This document shows, one piece after another, positions 1 to 4,650 of a DNA stretch of 7,251 nucleotides (within the stretch, counting starts at the first letter, position 1; each line of letters opens with the position of its first letter). The stretch is from Patescibacteria group bacterium. GTDB lineage: Bacteria > Patescibacteriota > Patescibacteriia > UBA2591 > UBA6264. Where the stretch lies: positions 1-7,251 of the forward strand of contig JAQTOB010000017.1 in the NCBI GenBank assembly GCA_028713575.1, in the 5' to 3' direction. The position numbers and the translations under genes were made by a program. The notes under the pieces are model-generated. The model made no database searches. It saw nothing but the letters and a program-made list of their open reading frames with translations, and was not told the DNA's origin.

Positions 1-38
1 TGACAATATTCGCCACAAGCACATGCTACCAGATCTCC

Positions 39-365
39 TTACTTAAACTCTTCTATATCTTCTCCCACTTCTATTACTTCACCAGACGAGGAATACCCCA
101 TAGGCGATAGCGGCTTATCTGTTAGTTTATTTATCACCCTTTTAAATCCAACTGATATTCCTTGTTGCTTCATAATATGTAAAATTTTTTCGAGATTATT
201 TTTATTAATTTTTTTAAAGGGATTTGTTTTTGATAAGCTAGATATTTCTGTACCAGTACTTATTACTGAATAGGCATTTTTGACTAGAATAAAGTCCTTT
301 TCTACTGTAGGCACAGGTATCTCTTCGACCACAATATTTCCATTTAATTTGAATACTTTTTTCAT
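39..365 (-). CDS. Medium-chain (GroES-fold, Zn-type) dehydrogenase-like N-terminal domain, resembling the N-terminus of bi-domain oxidoreductases of sugar/polysaccharide pathways. The frame is interrupted by TAA at 39-41, so this may be a pseudogene or a sequencing error.
   Basis: The ORF-track protein ends ...PLSPMGYSSSGEVIEVGEDIEEFK. This is the typical strand-turn motif preceding the xGDxV element of ADH_N-type domains. After the TAA, the same frame continues GDLVACACGEYC to the window edge (bases 38->1), which is the expected continuation of that fold. The gene starts 8 nt downstream of the wecB stop on the same strand. Confidence 0.6.
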   Translation of the reverse strand: MKKVFKLNGNIVVEEIPVPTVEKDFILVKNAYSVISTGTEISSLSKTNPFKKINKNNLEKILHIMKQQGISVGFKRVINKLTDKPLSPMGYSSSGEVIEVGEDIEEFK

Positions 366-373
366 ATAATTAA

Positions 374-1558
374 TTAAGTTAAAATCTTATTATCCAATGC
401 TTTTATAATTCTTTTTGCACTTTTCCCATCCCAGTATTTTGGGATTTTTGACTTTTTTTGCTTGCCGGAGAGAATTTTATCGGTTTCTTTCAGAATTTTA
501 CGCCGATTATGGCCGCAGAGAACGTTTGTTCCCTGAGTTATGGTAATCGGCCTTTCGGTGTTTTCACGGATTGTCAGGCAAGGGACGCTTAATGACGTTG
601 TTTCTTGTTGAATGCCGCCGCTGTCGGTAATGAGCAGGCAAGCGTTTATCATCAAGCAAACCGTTTCTAAATAAGAAAGAGGAGATGTTAAAACGATATT
701 TTTATTTTTTAATTTATTATTTAAACCAAATTCTTTGATTCTGTTTTTTGTTCTTGGATGAATGGGGAAAATAATCGGCAATTTTTGAGAAATGATGTTA
801 AACGTTTCCAAAAGTGAGGTTAAAATTTTTTTATCATCAACATTACTTGGTCGGTGCATAGTGAGAAATGCATATTGTTTCGGTTTTAAATCAAATTGTT
901 TTAATAGTTTGTGTTTTTTATTTTTTATTTTTGATTTTTGATTTTTTAGGCTGTCAACCATAATATCGCCCACGAAGAATATTTTTTTCTTATTTATACC
1001 TTCTTTAATTAGATTTTTATTCGCTTCATATTCGGTGATAAACAAATAATCGGAAACATGGTCGGTTAAAATACGGTTAATTTCTTCCGGCATAGACATA
1101 TCTTTGGAGCGCAGGCCGGCTTCGATATGGGCGACTTTGATATGCAGTTTGGCGGCCGTCAGGGCGCAGGCCAAAGTGGCATTAACGTCGCCGACGACGA
1201 TGACTAAATCAGGTTTTTCCTTTAAACAAACCTTTTCAAATTCAATCATTGTTTTGCCGGTTTGTTCGCCATGCAGGCCGGCCTTGACACCGAGGTTGTA
1301 ATCAGGTTTGGGGATATTTAATTCTTTGAAAAAAGAGCCGGACATCTGGTAATCGTAATGTTGGCCGGTATGGACCAATTTATAGGTAATCGGGTATTTG
1401 GTTAATTGGGTAATCGGGCGGTTTTTAGTTAAACGGCGCGAAGATTTTTTTAAAAGATGACGGCTAATTTTATTAACTCTTTTTATTTCCGCAATCAGGG
1501 GAGAGATTTTCATGAAGTTGGGTCTCGCCGCGGCTACGATGATAAACTTTTTAGTCAT
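374..1558 (-). CDS. wecB: UDP-N-acetylglucosamine 2-epimerase (non-hydrolysing), WecB family
   Basis: Hallmark motifs are visible in the translation: KFIIVAAARPNFMKISPLI (N-terminal Rossmann strand), HTGQHYDYQMSGSFFKELNIPKPDYNLGV, KPDLVIVVGDVNATLACALTAAKLHIKVAHIEAGLRS, MPEEINRILTDHVSDYLF and TDSGGIQQE. I chose the start at ATG 1556-1558 (MTKKFIIV...). The 13 extra codons in the ORF track (to 1597) run through the GIY-YIG 3' end and inverted repeat and have no family counterpart. Confidence 0.9.
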   Translation of the reverse strand: MTKKFIIVAAARPNFMKISPLIAEIKRVNKISRHLLKKSSRRLTKNRPITQLTKYPITYKLVHTGQHYDYQMSGSFFKELNIPKPDYNLGVKAGLHGEQTGKTMIEFEKVCLKEKPDLVIVVGDVNATLACALTAAKLHIKVAHIEAGLRSKDMSMPEEINRILTDHVSDYLFITEYEANKNLIKEGINKKKIFFVGDIMVDSLKNQKSKIKNKKHKLLKQFDLKPKQYAFLTMHRPSNVDDKKILTSLLETFNIISQKLPIIFPIHPRTKNRIKEFGLNNKLKNKNIVLTSPLSYLETVCLMINACLLITDSGGIQQETTSLSVPCLTIRENTERPITITQGTNVLCGHNRRKILKETDKILSGKQKKSKIPKYWDGKSAKRIIKALDNKILT

Positions 1559-1584
1559 ATATTTATTATTAAGGCGACCTTCAT

Positions 1585-1824
1585 TCACCCCGCACATTCT
1601 ATGCTATTTTTAATTCTGTTTTTGAGTTCTTGGTATGCCTTGCCAAAATATTTCAAATGTTTTTCTCTTTGCCGAGATTCGTTTTCTGATGAAAATGCTT
1701 CATAGTAGACCAAAGAGTAAGGTTTTTGTTTTTGATGTTCGGCAAGCCTCCTTTTTAGGTTGTTTGTGGACCCAATATATAGTTTCTTATTAATTTTGTT
1801 TTTAAGGATATATGTGTAATACAT
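1585..1824 (-). CDS. Small stand-alone GIY-YIG nuclease-domain protein (COG2827/UPF0213-like), 79 aa
   Basis: The translation MYYTYILKNKINKKLYIGSTNNLKRRLAEH...LVYYEAFSSENESRQREKHLK shows the GIY (YTYIL) and YIG (LYIGST) strands, the conserved Arg (KRRLxEH), and the Glu-containing helix (ExxRQREKxLK). I chose the start at ATG 1822-1824. The upstream 17 codons in the ORF track read out of frame through the wecB-like stub. Confidence 0.85.
   Translation of the reverse strand: MYYTYILKNKINKKLYIGSTNNLKRRLAEHQKQKPYSLVYYEAFSSENESRQREKHLKYFGKAYQELKNRIKNSIECAG
1587..1600. repeat. Left arm of a 14-bp perfect inverted repeat flanking the GIY-YIG ORF (ACCCCGCACATTCT on the + strand)
   Basis: The reverse complement of 1836-1849 (AGAATGTGCGGGGT) is identical to 1587-1600. 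An imperfect extension pairs 1572-1586 with 1850-1866. This arm overlaps the last GIY-YIG codons (TGT GCG GGG TGA). Confidence 0.85.
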
Positions 1825-1828
1825 GATA

Positions 1829-1900
1829 TTAATTAAGAATGTGCGGGGTAAAGTTAGGTCTTGCCGCCGCGACAATGATGAATTTTTTTTGTTTTTTCAC
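1829..1900 (-). pseudogene. Duplicated or remnant wecB 5' end: a 23-codon stub, (GTG)KKQKKFIIVAAARPNF-TPHILN-stop
   Basis: Minus-strand codons 1888->1850 encode KKFIIVAAARPNF, identical in protein to wecB codons 3-15 (1552->1514). 31/39 nt are identical and all 8 differences are synonymous third positions. The frame then leaves wecB homology at the inverted-repeat boundary and stops at TAA 1829-1831. Confidence 0.55.
1836..1849. repeat. Right arm of the 14-bp perfect inverted repeat flanking the GIY-YIG ORF
   Basis: AGAATGTGCGGGGT lies 11 nt upstream (minus-strand sense) of the GIY-YIG ATG. It abuts the wecB-like stub exactly where stub/wecB homology ends (1849/1850). Confidence 0.85.
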
Positions 1901-1921
1901 AGATTACAAATTTATATGGTT

Positions 1922-1930
1922 TGTTATACT
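1922..1930 (+). promoter_or_regulatory. Candidate extended -10 element (TGtTATACT) for the thermonuclease gene
   Basis: TG-n-TATACT ends 6 nt before ATG 1937. There is no good -35 at 17 nt and no Shine-Dalgarno sequence, so any transcript would be leaderless or nearly so. Confidence 0.3.
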
Positions 1931-1936
1931 ATATTT

Positions 1937-2770
1937 ATGGAAAAGAATACTTTGCGAAAAATTAAACAATGGATTTTGGGTTCTATTGCGGTTGTCGGCG
2001 CGGTGTTAGGCGTTCTTACTTTAACCGGAACCCATGAATCATTAAGGAAATTCTTGGCCGGTTTGCTGATTGTTTTGTCTGTCTTGTTTGGCCTCACTGG
2101 CTTGGTGGATTCCGAAGAGGCGAAGCCGGTATCCGATAATCTTTATTTTGTTGATGAGGTTATTGACGGAGATACAATTGGAATAAATGGAAATATGAAG
2201 ATTCGCCTGATTGGCATTGACGCGCCGGAAAGTGATGAATGTTATTATGAAGAATCAAGAGACGAATTGATAAGGTTGGTTCAAGAAAAATACGTAAGAC
2301 TGGAGAAAGATGTTGACAGCGTTGACGGACTTGGCAGATTATTGCGTTATGTATATTTGCCCGGCGAGGACTTGGAAGAAGACGATATATTTGTAAACGA
2401 ACATCTTTTGCGTCAGGGATATGCGCAAACACTTTCCCATGCGCCCAATAATCGATATAAGATGCTTTTTGTCAAAGCAAGAGAAGAAGCATTAATCCAG
2501 AGAAGGGGATTATGGAGCGATGAATGCGATTATTTGGAAGAATTTGAAGAAGAAAATGAGTTGACTCGCGAGATAAACGAACTCCCGTCTGACCCAAATT
2601 GTCTTATTAAAGGAAATATCTCCAGTCGCGGAGCGGGCAAGTTGTATTTTCCTCCCGGCTGCAGCAGCTATAATCAGATAAAGATAGACCCAAGTAAAGG
2701 AGAACAATATTTTTGCACCGAGGAGGAGGCGATTGCCGCCGGGTTTAAAAAGTCTGGTAATTGCCCTTAA
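1937..2770 (+). CDS. Membrane-anchored thermonuclease (staphylococcal nuclease/SNase-like) with a Cys-containing C-terminal module
   Basis: There are two N-terminal hydrophobic segments (WILGSIAVVGAVLGVLTLTG and FLAGLLIVLSVLFGLTGLV). The SNase core is VIDGDTI...IRLIGIDAPE...GRLLRYVY...VNEHLLRQGYA...EEALIQRRGLWS. An acidic linker follows, then a C-terminal KGNISSRGxKLYFPPGCSSYNQIKIDPSKGEQYFCTEEEAIAAGFKKS module of the kind often fused to secreted nucleases. I chose the start at ATG 1937 (MEKNTLRK...) just before the first hydrophobic segment; ATG 1916 is an alternative. Confidence 0.85.
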   Translation: MEKNTLRKIKQWILGSIAVVGAVLGVLTLTGTHESLRKFLAGLLIVLSVLFGLTGLVDSEEAKPVSDNLYFVDEVIDGDTIGINGNMKIRLIGIDAPESDECYYEESRDELIRLVQEKYVRLEKDVDSVDGLGRLLRYVYLPGEDLEEDDIFVNEHLLRQGYAQTLSHAPNNRYKMLFVKAREEALIQRRGLWSDECDYLEEFEEENELTREINELPSDPNCLIKGNISSRGAGKLYFPPGCSSYNQIKIDPSKGEQYFCTEEEAIAAGFKKSGNCP

Positions 2771-2773
2771 AAA

Positions 2774-2824
2774 TTTGGAGACCAAGTCTCCAAAAGTTTG
2801 GAGACCTGGTCTCCAAACTTTTTT
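2774..2824. terminator. Tandem hairpins (type A) forming a bidirectional intrinsic terminator between convergent genes
   Basis: Hairpin 1 is TTTGGAGAC-caa-GTCTCCAAA (2774-2794). Hairpin 2 is the 31-bp palindrome AAAAGTTTGGAGACC-t-GGTCTCCAAACTTTT (2792-2822), followed by TT. It lies between the nuclease stop (2770) and the AbiEi-like stop (2826). Confidence 0.7.
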
Positions 2825-2825
2825 A

Positions 2826-3449
2826 CTAGTCCTTAATTTGTTCTTTGATTATGTTTGTTAATTTTAACATTGCGGAAGATTGAATTTTTTGATTAGGGAT
2901 TTTTTTAACCCATTCTTTTGCTTTTTTAAAACTGAAATTTTTAGGAAAGCGCAATTCCGGGAAATATGAGAATTGTTTTTTTTTGTATCCGGCAAGGTAG
3001 AGGCAGTCCGCCAAGGCCTTTTCTGGTTCGGCAATAAGAAAACCTTTTTCATTTTTATACCAGTTAAATCCATGAAAAAACTTCGGTGTTATTTGATGGA
3101 GAGAAAAGGTTCCCAATTTAGTGACGATTGTTTTTGTGTGTCCGGTTGAGGCCAACGTTATTACTTGGGGTATTTGTTCAATAATGCCGTAAAGATGCAG
3201 GGCGCTTATAAACGAGAGATAACATCGGCGCAGGGGAAATAAAAAGGGGATAAGAATATAAGGACTTAATGGTTTATCAGTTATCTCGGCCCAAATTCCT
3301 TTATAGATTTTTAAAACTACCCCCTGTTTTTGGAGATAATTAAGAGATTGGGTTGTATTTGACAATGATTTTTTAGAGATGGTGGATAATTCCGCGGTGC
3401 TGAAAATGGGTTGATTTATTTTTTTGATAAAGTTTAAAATTGACGTCAT
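2826..3449 (-). CDS. abiEi: AbiEi-like winged-HTH protein (type IV TA antitoxin / COG5340-type regulator), module 1
   Basis: The N-terminal wHTH-like segment is FSTAELSTISKKSLSNTTQSLNYLQKQGVVLKIYKGIW. The C-terminal domain motifs are YLSFISALHLYGIIEQIP and FLIAEPEKALADCLYL, shared with the partial paralogue at 6863-7251. Its ATG overlaps the TGA of the upstream nucleotidyltransferase gene (ATGA, 3446-3449). Confidence 0.75.
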   Translation of the reverse strand: MTSILNFIKKINQPIFSTAELSTISKKSLSNTTQSLNYLQKQGVVLKIYKGIWAEITDKPLSPYILIPFLFPLRRCYLSFISALHLYGIIEQIPQVITLASTGHTKTIVTKLGTFSLHQITPKFFHGFNWYKNEKGFLIAEPEKALADCLYLAGYKKKQFSYFPELRFPKNFSFKKAKEWVKKIPNQKIQSSAMLKLTNIIKEQIKD

Positions 3450-4237
3450 TTTTTTAATTCTTCTAAAAAATTAATTGTTTTTAATTTGATTTCGTCCCAG
3501 GTGGAAGGAGAATTATATATTTTCTGGTCTTCTTTTAGGAGATAAGAAACGACCTTATCCTTAAATTCTTCAAAACCGGTTTCAAGAATATACTCCTCGG
3601 CCTTTTTTATTTTTCCCGGATTTAAGCTGATTTTTTTTCTATCACCTGATTCAATCTGAGGAATCATAATATAAATGTCGAAAATATCTCTAACCTCCAT
3701 TATTTTTCTGGTAATCAAGGCTTCTATTTTTTGCAAGACGGCAGCCATGGCGTCGTAATGGGGGACCAACAGCGGCGCTGCTTTATATTCATGCAAAATG
3801 GCGTTTGACACAGTTTCAATTTTAATTTTATTTCCGCTTAAGATTGGTGATTGCCGGCGGGAGAATTCGATTTTTGTGAAGAAATCTTCAGACCGAGGGG
3901 TGACGAGATGAATCTTAAATCTTTGAGTGGTTTGCGTTTGTTTTGCCTTTTCCATATTCGGAGGAATTATTTTTTCTATACCGAACGGTTTAAGGTTGTT
4001 TTGGAAAATGTTGGATTCCAGAATCCACATAACCTTATTTCTTAGAACGTCCGTTCGGATGATTTGGACATCTAAATCCATATCCTCGGAATAGCGAATA
4101 CTTTTATAGAAAAAACGCAAATTCACTCCTCCCTTGAGAGCGTAATAACTTGGATTTACTTTTTTACCCAACCATCTTAAAAATTCAAGGTGAAAGATTT
4201 CCACTAATTGTAAGGGGTTGTAATTCTTATAGTTCAT
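3446..4237 (-). CDS. abiEii: Nucleotidyltransferase AbiEii/AbiGii toxin family (DUF1814), module 1
   Basis: Family signature: LKGGVNLRFFYKSIRYSEDMDLDV (KGGxxLR...RxSxDxDxxV), IEFSRR, and the C-terminal KIEALITRKIMEVRDIFDIY (R-x-RD-x-F/Y-DI). It is paralogous to 6096-6866. Confidence 0.85.
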   Translation of the reverse strand: MNYKNYNPLQLVEIFHLEFLRWLGKKVNPSYYALKGGVNLRFFYKSIRYSEDMDLDVQIIRTDVLRNKVMWILESNIFQNNLKPFGIEKIIPPNMEKAKQTQTTQRFKIHLVTPRSEDFFTKIEFSRRQSPILSGNKIKIETVSNAILHEYKAAPLLVPHYDAMAAVLQKIEALITRKIMEVRDIFDIYIMIPQIESGDRKKISLNPGKIKKAEEYILETGFEEFKDKVVSYLLKEDQKIYNSPSTWDEIKLKTINFLEELKK

Positions 4238-4245
4238 TAATATGT

Positions 4246-4274
4246 ATTATAATTTAGTCATAACTAAATTGCAA
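4246..4274 (-). promoter_or_regulatory. Candidate promoter of AbiE module 1 with a palindromic operator in the spacer
   Basis: On the minus strand: TTGCAA (4274->4269), a 17-nt spacer, TATAAT (4251->4246), then 8 nt to ATG 4237. The spacer is filled by the palindrome ATTTAGT-cata-ACTAAAT (4252-4269), whose last base overlaps the -35. No Shine-Dalgarno sequence. Confidence 0.45.
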
Positions 4275-4349
4275 GACATTTTAAATAATAAGTCTTTTAT
4301 CCATCAGTCCTTTATCCTGATTTGGAGGCTATTTTTCAGGCGAAGCTGC

Positions 4350-4400
4350 TTTGGAGACCAAGTCTCCAAAAACTTGGAGACCTGGTCTCCAAACTTTTTT
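4350..4400. terminator. Second copy of the type A tandem hairpins (terminator of the HTH gene)
   Basis: TTTGGAGAC-caa-GTCTCCAAA followed by (A)ACTTGGAGACC-t-GGTCTCCAAACTTTTTT. 4350-4410 matches 2774-2834 with 3 mismatches in 61 bp by my hand alignment. It overlaps the stop of the HTH gene (4399). Confidence 0.7.
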
Positions 4401-4644
4401 ACCAGTCCTTGATTCTTTTTTTCGTTTTTTCTTTTATTTCGCGATAAATTTTTTGTGCTTCTTTTTCCAGAACAGGGGAGATTAAACGCAAAATTTCCGC
4501 GCCCAAGATGCGGTATTGACCGCCGACTTTATTGGCGCGGATTAGTCCCTTTTTTAGCCAGCGTTTAATTGTGCTTTTGCTAATTTTAAGAAAATCCCGG
4601 GTTTCTTCCGTGGTATAAACATTGTTTGGTTTTATCTCTTGCAT
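4399..4644 (-). CDS. Small helix-turn-helix DNA-binding protein, excisionase/MerR-like (HTH_17-type)
   Basis: VYTTEETRDFLKISKSTIKRWLKKGLIRANKVGGQYRILGAEILRLI matches the pattern of excisionase-family HTH domains (xxTxxEaaxxLgvSrsTiyrwxkxGxlxaxKvGgxxRixxxxl). 81 aa with a basic C-terminal tail. Confidence 0.8.
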   Translation of the reverse strand: MQEIKPNNVYTTEETRDFLKISKSTIKRWLKKGLIRANKVGGQYRILGAEILRLISPVLEKEAQKIYREIKEKTKKRIKDW

Positions 4645-4650
4645 AGATAA

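Noticed and set aside
1104-1301. Plus-strand 65-aa ORF, and the similar 1457-1705 ORF, inside or opposite wecB and GIY-YIG
   Set aside because: Both are antisense to genes with unmistakable family motifs. They are Ala/Arg/Pro-rich or low-complexity shadow translations of GC-rich wecB segments and lack start signals.
374-1558. GC-rich 5' half of wecB as a homing co-conversion tract from a higher-GC donor
   Set aside because: My hand counts per 60-nt line are patchy (about 18-60% GC). They track Gly/Ala-rich catalytic motifs against Lys-rich linkers along the whole gene and show no single step next to the cassette. The idea is not supportable from this window.
1559-1597. ORF-track N-terminal extensions: wecB to 1597, GIY-YIG to 1875, nuclease from 1823, and orphan gene from 4931
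   Set aside because: The extensions read through inverted repeats, the neighbouring gene, the wecB stub or the promoter, and they add residues with no family counterpart. Internal starts at 1558, 1824, 1937 and 5015 fit the domain boundaries.
2160-2785. Minus-strand ORFs 2160-2432 and 2510-2785, opposite the thermonuclease gene
   Set aside because: They are shadow ORFs antisense to a gene with a clear SNase core. Their products have no recognisable features, and 2510-2785 runs through the terminator hairpins.
2801-2813. Inverted GAGACC/GGTCTC (BsaI-type) sites in the type A hairpins as a sign of a synthetic Golden-Gate construct
   Set aside because: The sites are simply the stem of a natural-looking terminator hairpin that recurs with natural mismatches. 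The surrounding gene content and divergence pattern look genomic, not vector-derived.
3446-3449. Alternative genetic code (UGA as sense, as in some candidate-phyla bacteria)
   Set aside because: TGA cleanly terminates AbiEii-1, AbiEi-2 and GIY-YIG at family-appropriate lengths, including two ATGA overlap junctions. Conserved genes such as wecB are uninterrupted under the standard code.
2864-4045. ORFs 2864-3073 (-, 69 aa) and 3851-4045 (+, 64 aa) within the AbiE-1 genes
   Set aside because: They are an alternative frame and an antisense frame of well-supported CDSs. Both are short, with no independent signals.
2774-4400. Repeated hairpins interpreted as a CRISPR array
   Set aside because: There are only two copies of each repeat type, separated by 1.3-1.5 kb of protein-coding genes. 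There is no regular repeat-spacer periodicity and there are no cas genes.
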